From assembly GCF_963921235.1 (NCBI RefSeq), contig NC_086097.1:139006001-139070000 (forward strand): a stretch of DNA of 64,000 bases, given 5' to 3'. Positions within the stretch are counted from its first letter, which is position 1, and every line of letters starts with the position of its first letter. Source of the DNA: Mobula hypostoma. Lineage: Eukaryota. The position numbers were made by a program, and so were the translations under genes. The notes under the pieces were generated by a model. That model had not been told where the DNA came from. It made no database searches and saw only the letters and a list, made by a program, of their open reading frames with translations. Below, piece by piece: positions 12,983-26,575 of this stretch.

Positions 12983-13672
12983 CTGACATAGTCCTTAATG
13001 GGCACGGGGGTCACAGTTTTTGCAAAATCAAGGATCTGTGATGTATACCAGTTGTGAGGTGCTCCAAGTAGTATAGGAATACCAGAAAATATTGGTAATG
13101 CTGAGCAAGTCAGGCAACATTTGCACGCACAGGTGCAGCATTACCTTTACAAAAGTTCCGTTGTTAATTCTGTTTCTCTTTCACGAGCTTCTGCCTGACC
13201 TACTAAGAATTTTTAGCATTTTCTGGTTTTATTTCAGATTTCCAGCATCTGCAGTTTGTTTTTTTTAATTTTCAGCCCCAAGTAGTAGCTAGACTAATCT
13301 CTGGGTCTTGAGAGGCCATACATCATACTCTGAAGAGGTACAGACTCCACAGATACATTATTCTCTACTCTGAGGCAGCAGGGTTGCACACAAAGCATTT
13401 TTGGTGCACAAACTGAAACTTCATATTTGCATTTCAAAGTGTGAAACCACTTTTAATTATGCATCACTAAGATGTGCAATTTAAGTAACACAATCTGCTG
13501 CATTTGTGCAGTGATCTGCTGAAAGGAATAAAGCCTGTAATAATTCAGATAACCAGAGCTACATGAACAGATAACAGCATGTGTTTTGTAATTATGGAAA
13601 GCTTATCTAAATTAGAACTGTAACAAATGGCTTTACATAGAGTCCCAAAGCCTGTGAATTATCGCAATGGTT

Positions 13673-13971
13673 TTACTGAGGGCCATCAGCATTTACTTTA
13701 ATTACAAACAAAGTTTTTGTTGTTAAAACAAACAGCCTCTCATTTGTAGCTTGAAAGCCCAATACTGGGTCATTGGTTTCCAAGTTTGCAACCTGCTGCT
13801 TGGCAACCTGCCCTACATGCCTGGCTTCCTTTCGGTTGTACAGCACGGTTTGGACAGGTGAGGGCTGACGATAGATGAAGACCCGTCGGAAGCATTCACA
13901 CAGAGCAGCATACGAGTGGTCAGGAGCACAAGTGCCAAACTTCTTCTCACGCTTGGATGCTTGGACATAGC
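13673..13971 (-). CDS. NUDCD1: NudC domain-containing protein 1, terminal coding exon
   Basis: Minus strand: acceptor ...ttccctgtttcag|GC, then (G)[98 protein letters not shown]. This matches the vertebrate NUDCD1 C-terminus as I recall it. Phase 1 fits the upstream exon. It is absent from the ORF track. Confidence 0.96.
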
Positions 13972-14339
13972 CTGAAACAGGGAAAGGTTTTACTTTGATT
14001 AAACATTGAACTGAAAAGACTTACATATCTTCAGAATATCCAACATGCATTCTTTGATGTCTAGGCTCTGTTGCAATGAGCGAATGATAGCAGCCAATGT
14101 GCACCCAGTAAACTTCTAAATTAGCTGAGACAATGATCCAAATTCAATCTCTTGTACCATTGGTGACTTATTTGGTCAAGCCCAGACAAACTGAATCTTG
14201 AATACACTGAAGAATTGAGCTCTTTGGTAGTCAAGACAATGAAAAATCTTTTCTCCTCTCAGTCCTAATAATTTAATCAGCTTGATGAGTACGACCTTTA
14301 CTGAAAGCATGATTAGGTGGGAGATAAACACAGCATTGC

Positions 14340-15530
14340 AGAGACTGGTGCTGGTCCATTGTTTGTCAGTTATATTAATGATCTGCATTATAATGTGGTG
14401 AAATGGATCAGCAAATTTGTGGGTGGCATCAAGAAGGGGTAAGGGGTGCAGTTGACAGTGAGAAAGGTTATCAAAACTCACAGTGAGATCAGCTGAAAAA
14501 TGCCAGATGGAATTTAATGCAAATCAGTGTGAAATAAACAATAGACAATAGGTGCAGGAGTAGGCCATTCGGCCCTTTGAGCCAGCACCGCCATTCACTG
14601 TGATCATGGCTGATCATCCACAATCAGTATCCAGTTCCTGCCTTATCCCCATAACCTTTGATTCTGCTATCTTTAAGAGCTCTATCCATCTCTTTCTTGA
14701 AAGCATCCAGAGACTTGGCCTCCACAGCCTTCTGGGGCAGAGCATTCCATATATCCACCACTGGTGCACTTAGGGAGGACAAACCAGATAAGGACTTACA
14801 CAGTGAGAAGGATACAGAGGAATGTGATAGAAGAAAGGGATCTACAAATACAGATCCATAATTTGTTGAAAGTAGCATCACGGGTAGATAGGATTGCAAA
14901 GAGCCTTTCGCCAATCAGTCTTCATAAATCAGGGTATTGAGTACAGCGTTGGGTTGTTATGTTGAAGAGGTATAAGATGTTGGTCAGGCCAAATTTGGAG
15001 TATTGTGTTCAGGTCTGCTCACCTATTTACAGGAAATACATCAATAAGACTGAAAGAGTACAGAGGAAATTTACAAGTATGCTTCCAGGACTTAAGGATC
15101 TGAGTTATAGGGAAAGGTTGAATAGGTTAGAACTTTACTCCCTGGAGTGTAGGAGAATGAGAAGAGATTTGATCGATATATACAAAATTATGAGGGGTAT
15201 AGACAGGATAATTGCACGCAGGCTCTTTCCACTCAGGTTGGGTGAGACTAGATCTGGAGGTCATACGCAGGTTATGGATGAAAGGTGAAATATTTAAGGA
15301 GAATCTGAAGGGAAACTTCTTCACGAGTGTGAGTGTGGAACGAGCTGGCAGAGGAAGTGGTGGATGTGCATTCAATTGCAAAACAAGAGAAATTTGGATA
15401 GGTACATGGATGGGAAGGATATTGAGGACTATGTTCCAGATGCGGGTTGATGGGACTAGGCAGAATAACAGTTCAGTATGAACTGTATAAGCTGAAAGGC
15501 TTGTTCCTGTGCTGTAGTATTTTATGACTC
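14340..15530 (+). mobile_element. Degraded CR1 (RT C-terminus) with a nested antisense young CR1 3' end at 14538-14760
   Basis: LVRPNLEYCVQ, RMRRDLIDIYKIM; the nested piece encodes [27 protein letters not shown], as at 5478-5600. Confidence 0.85.
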
Positions 15531-15954
15531 TAACTATTAAACTCAGCTCTCTTCTCCAGAGGCATACACAAGGGATGGAAAAGGGAGTCACCATTGGCAG
15601 AAAAAGACAGTCAGGGAAGGGAGTGATTAGTGTAAAAGTCAGAGAAGCAGGAAGAAAGAAGCTGACACTTGTGAAATCGCATTTACCCATTCAGGCAGAC
15701 AGATTTCCAAATGTCTGGGCAAGGATGAATCTAGGCTTGGGAAATGTCATATCAATCACGCCAAAAGATGTGACAGGCAATGTTTTTTATGTGTGAGAGC
15801 AGACCAGCAAAGAAAACTTAACCAAGGTGTAGCACTGGATCCAATGGAAAGAAGTGATACTACCAAATAATAGGATACTATTTTCAAGTACAGCTTGTTT
15901 CTAAAGTTAGTTTTCATTCATGGTTTAAAATTCCTTGAACAGCAATCATTAGAA

Positions 15955-16272
15955 TTCTGTAAGAGTAGAAGGAATTCAGCAGTTCAGGCAGTATCTATGG
16001 AGGGAAATGGACAGTCAATGCTTCAAGACAAGACTCTACAACTGGAATTTTCTACAAAATGCATAAACTCACATTCTTCCACCTTATATTCCATCTGCCT
16101 TATAGAAGCTCCTCAAAATCTTTCTCTTCATCATAGATCCAGGCCAAAGGCAGAGCCTTGACTTGAAATGTTGACTCCACATTTTCCTCCACAGATGCTG
16201 CCTGACCTACCAAGTTCATCCAGCATCTTGCGTTTTGCTCCAGATTCCAGCTTCTGCAGTCTCTTGTGTCTC
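15955..16272. repeat. Degraded Penelope-terminus inverted-repeat relic
   Basis: Decayed arms CAGGCAGTATCTATGGAGGGAAAT / ATTTTCCTCCACAGATGCTGCCTG; similar relics at ~13080-13262 and ~17150-17290. Confidence 0.6.
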
Positions 16273-18004
16273 CATCAGAATTTGGTGATCTTTTAAATGT
16301 GGCTGATTATATACTCCCAGTTTTAAATACTCCACCAACACCTTTCATGTCTTCAGCTTTAAAACTGTTGCTGGCACGTTCTTCATTTATTATCCTCAAG
16401 ATAATGGTGTCAAGCCATTTTTGATAAAATGAAGGTGCACTGAACTGGCTGAAGTCTGGAGTTTTTGGGGATCCCAGGAGGAACCTATTAGGCCTCAAAC
16501 TCAGGAAGTCCATCCCTAATCCTGCTAAAAACAAAAATATAGGAAATGGCAGGTCTATGTAATTCATTTCTTCCTATCTGCTCTGCCTTTCAAAAACATT
16601 ATGGGTTATCTTTTACTTCAGTACTGTTTCCCCACACTAACCCCATATCTGCATGATTTCCTAAATACTCAAAAGTCTTTGGAACTATTTTGGATAAAGT
16701 GAACAAATGGGAATTCATAGCCAACTCAAGCAGAGAATTTCAGGATTTGCTCTCCTCTGGGTGAAAAAATAAAGCTTATCTCTATCCTGAGACCAAACCA
16801 TTATTTAGAGATGAAAAGTCCCTGGTTCTATACATTGCAGCTTTAGGAAACTTCAAATCCTCATTTACCCTGTCAGACCCTCTATAGATGTTACATATTT
16901 TGGCAAGAGATCATTCTTCTAAAATCTAGAGTAAAGACCCAGACCATTTAATCGTTCTTGAAAGGTCAAATGCCCATGCTAGTTACTACTCTAATGAATT
17001 TTATTGCACTTCATTTATCACAAGTATATTGTTCATTAAGCAGGGAAATCAGACACACAATTTCAAATATGACCAAGTCTCTAAACAAGGTCTCCATATT
17101 TGTTATCAAATCCTCTTGCAATATTCCCTCTTTATACTGGCCATCTCGCCTCTCCTCCAGTCCTAATGCAGTGTTTCAAACTGAAACATTAATAGTTTCT
17201 TCCATCTCCCAGATGTTGCTCGACCCACTAAGTTACTACAACAGTTCGATGGTTTCTCCAGATTCCAGCATCTGCAATCTTGTGTCTCCAAAGCCAATAT
17301 GTCATTTGCCATTCCAACTGCTTGCTAAACTTGCAGTGTTCATGTACAGGACAGGACACCCACATCCTTCACAACAGCCCTCTCAGACCTTTAAAAATAA
17401 ATCTTCCACCTTTTAATTTTTTTTCTACTAAGGTGCACACCCTCGCATTCTTCCACATTAGATTCCATTTGTCTTTCCATCTTTCCTCCTGCCCTTTAAG
17501 AAGCAATAGTTTTAGGTCACAGTTTCTAATGTTGGTTTGAGTAGTTGGTGGCAATTTTGTTTGATAATGATCTCGTGTAAAAGCTTGGAAATTTTACCAC
17601 ATTAAAGATGCTATATTCATTTATGTTGTTATAGTTGGATAATCAATGGAAGGGAAATTAACAGCAATTAATCCCAGGCCATCCGTGAAGAAAGACCAAA
17701 AGTGGGCAACATTTCTAAGTAATTTAATGAATTGTTAGGCCACAAAAGAATGTGCACATTTTTCAGATTATTCAACATATGAAGGAAAAGATGCTGTTGT
17801 CAGCTCATCTAAAAACTAGTCCAGCTTTCAGTTGAACACAGAAATCAAAACAGAACACCATTCCAGCCTAAAGAAAAATGAGTTACAATTTACAGTACCT
17901 GAAAAATTCTGGTGATGTTTGAATCTTAGGGTAGGAATTGAAATTGCAATTCTTTTTACTGAGGTGAAGCAGATTTGCTGCCACAGATCAACACTGATTG
18001 AAGG

Positions 18005-20023
18005 AAACATAGAAACATAGAAAATAGGTGCAGGAGTAGGCCATTCGGCCCTTCAAGCCTGCACCACCATTCAGTATGATCGTGGCTGATCATCCAACTC
18101 AGAACCCTGCACTAGCCTTCCCTCCATACCCCCTGATCCCTTTAGCCACAAGGGCCATATCTAACTCCCTCTTAAATATAGCTAATGAACTGGCCTCAAC
18201 TGTTTCCTGTGGCAGAGGATTCCACAGATTCACCACTCTCTGTGTGAAGAAGTTTTTCCTAATCTCGGTCCTCAAAGGCTTCCCCTTTATCCTCAAACCG
18301 TGACCCCTCGTTCTGGACTTCCCCAACATCGGGAACAATCTTCCTGCATCTAGCCTGTCCAATCCCTTTAGGATTTTATGCGTTTCAATCAGATCCCCCC
18401 TCAATCTTCTAAATTCCAACGAGTATAAGCCTAGTTCATCCAGTCTTTCTTCATATGAAAGTCCTGCCATCCCAGGAATCAATCTGGTGAACCTTCTTTG
18501 TACTCCCTCTATGGCAAGCATGTCTTTCCTCAGATTAGGGGACCAAAACTGCACACAATACTCCAGGTGTGGTCTCACCAAGGCCTTGTACAACTGCAGT
18601 AGTACCTCCCTGCTCCTGTACTCGAATCCTCTTGCTATAAATGCCAGCATACCATTCGCCTTTTTCACTGCCTGCTGTACCTGCATGCCCACTTTCAATG
18701 ACTGGTGTATAATGACACTCAGGTCTCGTTGCACCTCCCCTTTTCCTAATCGGCCACCATTCAGATAATAATCTGTTTTCCTGTTTTTGCCACCAAAGTG
18801 GATAACTTCACATTTATCCACATTAAATTGCATCTGCCATGAATTTGCCCACTCACCTAACCTATCCAAGTCACCCTGCATCCTTTTATCATCCTCCTCA
18901 CAGCTAACACTGCCGCCCAGCTTCGTGTCATCCTCAAACTTGGAGATGCTGCATTTAATTCCCTCATCTAAGTCATTAATATATATTGTAAACAACTGGG
19001 GTCCCAGCACTGAGCCTTGCAGTACCCCACTAGTCACTGCCTGCCATTCTGAAAAGGTCCCGTTTATTCCCACTCTTTCCTTCCTGTCTGCTAACCAACT
19101 CTCTATCCACATCAATACCTTACCCCCAACACCGTGTGCTTTAAGTTTGCACACTAATCTCCTGTGTGGGACCTTGTCAAAAGCCTTTTGAAAATCCAAA
19201 TATACCACATCCACTGGTTCTCCCCTATCCACTCTACTAGTTACATCCTCAAAAAATTCTATGAGATTCGTCAGACATGATTTTCCTTTCACAAATCCAT
19301 GCTGACTTTGTCCGATGATATCACCGCTTTCCAAATATGCTGTTATCACATCTTTGATAACTGACTCCAGCAGTTTTCCCACCACTGATGTTAGGCTAAC
19401 CAGTCTATAATTCCCTGGTTTCTCTCTCCTTCCTTTTTTAAAAAGTGGGGTTACATTAGCCACCCTCCAATCCTCAGGAACTAGTCCAGAATCTAAAGAG
19501 TTTTGAAAAATTATCACTAATGCATCCACTATTTCTTGGGCTACTTCCTTAAGCACTCTGGGATGCAGACCATCTGGCCCTGGGGATTTATCCGCCTTTA
19601 GTCCCTTCAATTTACCTAACACCACTTCCCTACTAACATGTATTTCCCTCAGTTCCTCCATCTGACTGGACCCTCTGTCCCCTACTATTTCCGGAAGATT
19701 ATTTATGTTCCTCCTTAGTGAAGACAGAACCAAAGTAATTATTCAATTGGTCTGCCATGTCCTTACTCCCCATAATCAATTCACCTGTTTCTGTCTGTAG
19801 GGGACCTACATTTGTCTTAACCAATCTTTTTTCTTTTCACATATCTATAAAAGCTTTTACAGTCAGTTTTTATGTTTTCTGCCAGTTTTCTCTCATAATC
19901 TTTTTTCCCCTTCCTAATTAAGCCCTTTGTCCTCCTCTGCTGAACTCTGAATTTCTCCCAGTCCTCAGGTGAGCCACTTTTTCTGGATAATTTGTATGCT
20001 TCTTCTTTGGAATTGATACTATC
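18005..20023 (-). mobile_element. Young 5'-truncated CR1 LINE with a long open RT frame (18099-19733)
   Basis: 544-aa ORF with [51 protein letters not shown]; (TTTCTATG)n-type 3' tail at ~18005-18022. Confidence 0.95.
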
Positions 20024-20629
20024 AAAGGACGGACCCATGAAGTGCTAATACCAAATCTGGGGCTTTGTCTGGTTTGAAGGTCAAGCTTTAAAGATCAGAC
20101 AGTTTCTAGAATAAACACACAGATCTCCAGGCTCACAGTTGGAACCAAGATGAGGAAAGAAAAAAGCAAAATAGTTACGAAATGCTTAGCAGTCTGGAAT
20201 TGAAGGAGCAGATATCATGAATAAAGAGCCCAGCTATGAGGGATTTGAAAACAAAGACAAAATTAAAAATCTCAGTACTGCTTCCCAAGTTTTCTGCACA
20301 GAGGTATGGTAGGTACAACTTGGACATAGGCTTCAGAGTTTTAGATGACCTTGAGATAATGGATATGCAGGTGTCTGAGTGGAATGTCATCTCATGATGT
20401 AACAAAAACAAAGGTGAGAGTTTTAGCAACAGGTGGGATGCAACAGAGGCTGAGTCAGACAATGTTATGAAAGTGGGGACAGGGAATGTTTTCCATGGGG
20501 TTGTTCTCAATCCAACAGTAAAAATAAACATACAATATATATTCATTGTAATTACCCCTTTCCCAAAAACAGCTCTTCTTGCTGATGGGTCACTAATCTG
20601 ATATATATCCCATTTTACATTCATGGAAT

Positions 20630-21175
20630 CAAACGGTACAGAAACTGGCCCTTTGGGCTACTATGTCCAATCTGACCATCTAGTACCCGTTCATGCTAAT
20701 CACATTAGCCACTATTTGGTCTGTAGCATATTTGGTTTTTCAGTGCTCATTCAGGTAGTTAACATTTGACAGTACCTACTTGCACCAGCCTCTCAGGCAG
20801 TGTGTCTACATTACAGCTACCCTCTGGGCCAAAAAGGTTCATCTCAAATCCCATCTAAACTCTACTCAGTACTCGCGTCCTCTTGTCTTAGTCACCTCTG
20901 CTATAGGGAAATGTTTCCTGCTATCTGCATTAGCTATACCCCTCAGAATGTTTTATACTTCTTAACAGGTGTCCCCTCAACCTCCTCTACACCAATGAAA
21001 ACAAGCCCTGTCTATCCTATCTCTCTTCATAGTGGAAATGCTTCACCACAGGTAAGACTTTGATGAATCGCCACTCCACCCTCTCCAATGCCATTACATC
21101 TGCCCCGCAGTGCGACAACCATATCAGCACACGGTACTCCGACTGTGCCTTAACCAATGTTGTATCAAGCTGCAC
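20630..21175 (-). mobile_element. Old CR1 3' fragment
   Basis: Decayed similarity to the CR1 3' ends elsewhere in the window. Confidence 0.6.
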
Positions 21176-21516
21176 CACCAAATTCACTATGTACTTGAGA
21201 TGGCAACCTTAATGCAAAACTAATCCAACATATAAAACTGAATAAATAAAATCATGAACTGCATTCTTCTTCTAGAGCAGGCTGTTGGGTTTATGGATGA
21301 TTAAAATGAAATACTATGCGTTGCTGAACTGCTCATGGGGAGAAATATAGCCAATGAGCTAGACAAAGTAAACCTGCCGTGGACTCATTACACAGAGGAA
21401 TTGAACCAATCAACATGGCTGCCTTAGGTGTCATCAACTTATGTTCTTGATATAAACTAACACATACCTTTCTAAACACAAGTGATTCTGAAAATGCTAG
21501 AAATCCAAGCAACACG

Positions 21517-21518
<2 letters not shown>

Positions 21519-21549
<31 letters not shown>
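21519..21549. repeat. (CA)n microsatellite
   Basis: Pure CA run inside a Penelope terminus; a shorter run lies at 29521-29538. Confidence 0.95.
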
Positions 21550-21552
<3 letters not shown>

Positions 21553-21649
21553 CTGGAGGAACTGAACAGGTCATGCAGCATCTATGCAGAGAATCTGGCC
21601 TCTCCCCATCTTCCTGCAAGCATGACAAAGTTCCCTTTGTCCTGACACA

Positions 21650-22520
21650 AAGGTTGGGGGTGTTGTGGATAGTGTGGAGGCTGTCAGAGGTTACAGCGGA
21701 ACATTGATAGGATGGAAAACTGGGCTGAGAAGTGGCAGATGGATAATCCAGATAAACGTGAGGTGGTTCATTTTGGTAGGTCAAATTTAATGGCAGAATA
21801 TAGTATTGATAGTAAGACTCTTGGCAGTGTGGAGGATCAAAGGGATCTTAGGGCCTGAGTCCATAGGACACTTAAAGCTGCTGCGCAGGTTGACTCTGTG
21901 GTTAAGAAGGCATACGGTGCATTGGCCTTCATCAACCGTGGGATTGAGTTTAGGAGCTGACAGGTAATGTTGCAGCTACATTGGACCCTGGTCAGACCCC
22001 ACTTGGAGTACTGTGCTCAGTTCTGGTTGCCCCACTATAGTAAGGATGTGGAAACCATAGAAAGGGTGCAGAGGAGATTTATAAGGATGTTGCCTGGATT
22101 GAGGGGCGTGCCTTATGAGAACAGGTTGAGTGAACTCGGTCTTTTCTCCTTGGAGCGATGGAGGATGAGAGGTGACCTGATAGAGGTGTATAAGATGATG
22201 AGAGGCATTGATCATGTGGATAGTCAGAGGCTTTTTCCCAGGGCTGAAATGGCTAGCACAGGAGGGCATAGTTTTAACGTGCTTGGAAGTAGGTACAGAG
22301 ATGTCAGGGGTAAGTTTCTTTACGCAGAGAGTGGTGAGTGCATGGAATAGGTTGCCAGCAACGGTGGTGGAGGTGGATACGATAAGACTCCTGGATAGGT
22401 ACATGAAGCTTAGAAAAATAGAGGACTATAAGTAACCCTAGATAATTTCTAAGGTAAGGACATGTTCAGCACAGCTTTGTGGGTCGAAGGGCCTGTATTG
22501 TGCTGTAGGTTTTCTGTTTC
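21650..22520 (+). mobile_element. CR1 3' fragment
   Basis: LVRPHLEYCAQFW...RMRGDLIEVYKMM; CR1 3' UTR. Confidence 0.88.
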
Positions 22521-24178
22521 CTTACCTACCACCCTACGAGCCTCCATATCCAGCACATCATTCTCACTAACTTCTGCCATCTTCAATGGAATGCTATCAC
22601 TAACCTCATCTTTTCCTCCTTCCCACACTTCGCTGTCTACTGGGATCGATTTCCACATGACTCCCTTGTTTACTCATCCCTCTTTACTAATTTCCTTCCT
22701 GGCACTTATCCTGGCAAGCAGGTCAGGTGTCAGCCCTGCCCCTGCATCTCCTCCCTCACCACCATTCAAGTTGAAGTTCAAGTTCAATCATCATTCAACC
22801 ATACATGAACACCCATCAATACAGCCAAACGAAAAAGTGTTCCTCCAAGGTGCAACACACAGTATCAGCAATCCTGCACAGTACAAGGTTCATATAGCAG
22901 ATATAACACAGCAAGTAAACATACAGTCTCACAAAAAATACATGTATATCCTAAGTCCCTGAGTGACACATTCTGCAAATTGATGGTGCTTCGTGTCATC
23001 TGCAAGAACAAGCAGTTCTCAGCAATCCATAGACAAATGTACCATGCACTCAATCCAGCTTGCCTTCCCCTGACCAAACACTAGAGAGCAGCACCAATGG
23101 GAGAGGGCAGCCCCCAATCAGCATGGACACCACGCTACAACACCTCTGGCATCTCCTCTCCCGGACTGCTATAACAGGCAAGCCTGCGACTTGATGCCTA
23201 GTCCCTGCTATAACCCAGACCACACAGCTTTCCGCTGTCTGTCTCTCCAATAAACAAAGTAAACGGATTTGTAGTATTTTACATTACCAATGTCCAACAG
23301 GGCCTTGTGATCACAAGAGAAACATCCAACACAACCACTCGCTGTTAGAACACACACAGTCTACAGTTACAAACTCCGATGCTTCTCTGTAGCAGACAGT
23401 AATATGATCCGTGCCAAGTATATCTCCTCCACTTCTCCACCAACAAGCAGCTCACTGATGTGGCAGAACTGCAGTACTTAAAATTTTTAATGTCCAGCAT
23501 TGCCTTGCAATTGTAAAAAAGACATTTAAAAAAGGTAAAAACAACTTTGGTTGACCATGAAGTGGCCGCTATCTTACTGGAGGGAAAAAAAAAGTCCTCC
23601 AGGTATGGTGACACTTCACCTGTGACTGTTGGGTTTACCTACTGCATCCAGTGCTCCCGGTGCAGTGTCCTCTGCTTTGGTGAGACGCAGTGTAGATTGC
23701 GGGACCATTTCATCAAGCACCTTCTCTCCATCCGCCACAAAAGGCAGGATTTCCCAGTGACCAGCCATTTCAATTTGATTCCCACACCCATTCCGACATG
23801 TCACAATGAGGTTACTCTCAGCTTGGAAGAGTAAAACCTCATTCCATCTGAGTAACTTCCAACCTGATGACATGAACATTAACTTCTCTGATTCCCAGTT
23901 ACATCTTCCCCCACCAAACCTTTTCTTCTCCTTTTCCATTCCCCATTCTGGTACCCTTCTTACCCCTTCTCTTCTCCTCACCCGCCCATCACCTCCCCCG
24001 GTACCCCTCCTCCTTCCCTTTCACCGCCCAGCTTCCCACTTCACCAATCACCTGTCAACTTGTACTCCTACCCCTTCCCCACCATTCTTATTTCTAGCTT
24101 CTGATCCTTCCCTTTGCAGTCCCAATGAACATCAACTGTTTCTTCCTCTCCATAGATGCCTCCTGACATATCCTTCCT
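22520..24178 (+). mobile_element. Older Penelope-like element (GIY-YIG remnant ~23620-23890), interrupted at ~22770-23593
   Basis: YCIQCSRCSVLCFGETQCRLRDHFIKH...PVTSHFN; pyrimidine-rich pseudo-LTR; related pieces at ~21480-21640 are separated from it by a CR1 insertion. Confidence 0.75.
22770..23593 (-). mobile_element. Non-autonomous LINE-dependent element inserted in a Penelope copy
   Basis: Minus-strand head AAGATAGCGG and tail (TTGAAC)n; similar architecture to 50517-51333 and ~25690-26610. Confidence 0.55.
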
Positions 24179-24251
24179 AAAAATCACTAATACCTTGTAA
24201 CACAAGCTGGGTATGAAAGGGCTGGTGCACTAGTGACTGTTCTTCACTTAC

Positions 24252-24408
24252 CCAGTGCATTGAACGTCCCAATGTGCTCCCACATGTCCTCTTGTTTTGT
24301 GTGCGGCTGCCACAGAAGTGCATCGACATCATGGCGCAGGCACAAGCATGGCATTTCGGCTGGATTCACCACAGCCGTGAACAGGTACTGATGGCTGCTC
24401 AGATTCAC
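24252..24408 (-). CDS. NUDCD1: NUDCD1 penultimate coding exon (157 nt)
   Basis: tttcag|GTG...CTG G|gtaagt; encodes [52 protein letters not shown](G); phase 0 in, phase 1 out, in frame with both neighbouring exons. Confidence 0.96.
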
Positions 24409-26254
24409 CTGAAACCCAAAATTAAAAACACGCTTAAACATTACTACCTTGGTAATAGGAAGGGAGAGGTGGCTTAGCTGCAAACAGCAAGAGTTCTCAG
24501 GAAAATTAAAGAGCTTATGTTTTATGCTGATACAGGTGTTGCACCAATCCAGTTAATGGAAATTTGTCTTTGCAGATTTCACAAAATTACCCCCTAAAAA
24601 TGTGAGATACGGAATAAAATTTGTTCTATAGAATTTATGTAGGGAAATGTAAAAATGAGTAACCAGTTCTCCTAAGCAAAGCAATAATTTCTGTTTTTGT
24701 ACTGGTGTGTCTATATCTCTGAGGTACTATCAGTTAACAATGATTTACATATTTTGCTAAACATGTTCAAAAGGAAACCGTACTGGTTGCATTTTCCACT
24801 TAACTACCTGTTCCATACGACCAGTAGAACCCAAAAGGCAGTATGACCACAGCAAAGTGCTTTAACATAATTGCAACTGATAATACGTAATGTTACCATT
24901 TCTTTTCTACAAAAATGGGCCTGTAATATGCTGTAGATTTCTATGATTCTATGAAAATGATTTAGGTATTGAAACCCAATACAAACAAGTGATACACACA
25001 AATGATATTAAACTAGTACAGCGAACAAAGCAGCTGCCAGAGGCCTTCACAAGAGTCAAATATAATCTGCAATAAAATAAGTCAAAGGCAGCTGAAATTC
25101 ATCACTGATTGAGCTCAGGCTGCTAGCCACTGAAAGACAAACCAAGTATCACAAGTACAGTGTAGGTGAAACAGAATCGGATCAAGACAGATAAGAATCA
25201 TTAGTGAAGGTGTTAAAATGCTGTGGAGCAGCATAATAATGGTGCATGGAGTAATAATTATTCTGCTAGATCAGTCAGTGAGTATACTGGAAGAAGTCTT
25301 CACATATGATATCTCACTTGGCCAAATTGCTCCCAAAGTAATATGTTCAAATTCAGCTGAAAAGCCATGGCCCTTCAAAGCCAGGAGACCGGTTTCCAGC
25401 AAAATGGGGTGTGAGAATCTGATTTGAAAGTAATTGACTAAAGAAAACCTTGCGTATTACATCAAGGGCCAGAGATGTTGCAAAGTCCAGAAGAAGATGG
25501 TGCCAGTGAACAACATGACCAACGGTGACATCCTCCATACGGTTCACAAATCTACTTCTTCCACATCTCCTTTTTCTTTCAGGTGTGGTTCTGCTGCTGT
25601 TGGAGCCTGAGATCTAAATTTTGCTGGTCGATTGAGCAATCTGGTGCTTTACTGTCTCTGTGAAGGTTCCAGGAAGCATTGAATAAAGCATGCAGCCTTG
25701 AGGCCAAGAAGCCTAGAGACAGGGTGTGAGTGCATGATTGACTCCATTCGTCACCAATCTCACCAATTAAAGCACGGGGGAAGATTGATTCCATTGAGAC
25801 GAGAGCAGGTGTTCAGCGCCGTCTGCCAGCCTCTCTCTCCCTTACGCTTGCTGTTCCCAAAGGAAGATTCCTGCATTCGAACTGTCTCTCTCTCCCACGA
25901 TGTTGTTGGAGGATGGTGCCAGGCAACTGGGTCTTCAGCAAGTTTTAATTTGCGCAGTTTGTGGATTGCACTCTGTGGTTCATGATATGATGCGTTTCTG
26001 GTTGCTTTTTTTTTGTTGCTATTTTGGGTGGTTTTTGATTGCTGCAGCCTGCACATAGTGAACACTCAGCTGAACTGAATATGCCTGGACTCTTTCGATT
26101 CTATACTTCACATTGTGTTTTTTGCTCATTTTCTTGGTGCTGTTTGCACAATTTTTTTTTTGCGCTTTGGAGGGGGTTTGGTGTTTTTCTTTGAATGGGT
26201 TCCATAGTTTTATTTGTTTCGTGGCTGTGGGGAAAACAAATTTCAGGGTACATA

Positions 26255-26575
26255 CGAGGGGTGATTGATAAGTTCGTGGCCTAAGGTAGAAGGAGATGAG
26301 TTATACAGCTCTCATTACATGCACGTGCAGTTCAACTCTTTGAGTGATTATGCAGAAAGTTTAAAGTTAATAACTCATCGCCTTCTACCTTAGGCCACAA
26401 ACTTATCAATCACCCCTGCTGTGGATACTTTCTGGAGGTCCAAGATCCGTACGCTTCATGACCGCTGGACTAAGTGTGTAAATGTAGGAGGGGACTATGT
26501 TGAAAAATAAACGTGCTAGGTTTTCTAAAATTGACTCCTTCTACCTTAGGCCACAAACTTATCAATCGCTCCTCG
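26255..26575 (+). mobile_element. Mariner-derived (irritans-like) non-autonomous element
   Basis: TA TSDs (26253-26254, 26576-26577); TIRs CGAGGGGTGATTGATAAGTT(C/T)GTGGCCTAAGGTAGAAGGA; transposase C-terminus RWTKCVNVGGDYVEK*; extra internal inverted TIR at ~26376-26416. Confidence 0.9.

Noticed and set aside
25550..25600. Strong plus-strand splice acceptor (also one at ~55459) suggesting an antisense gene
   Set aside because: No matching donor or recognisable coding frame; pyrimidine tracts ending in AG are common by chance.
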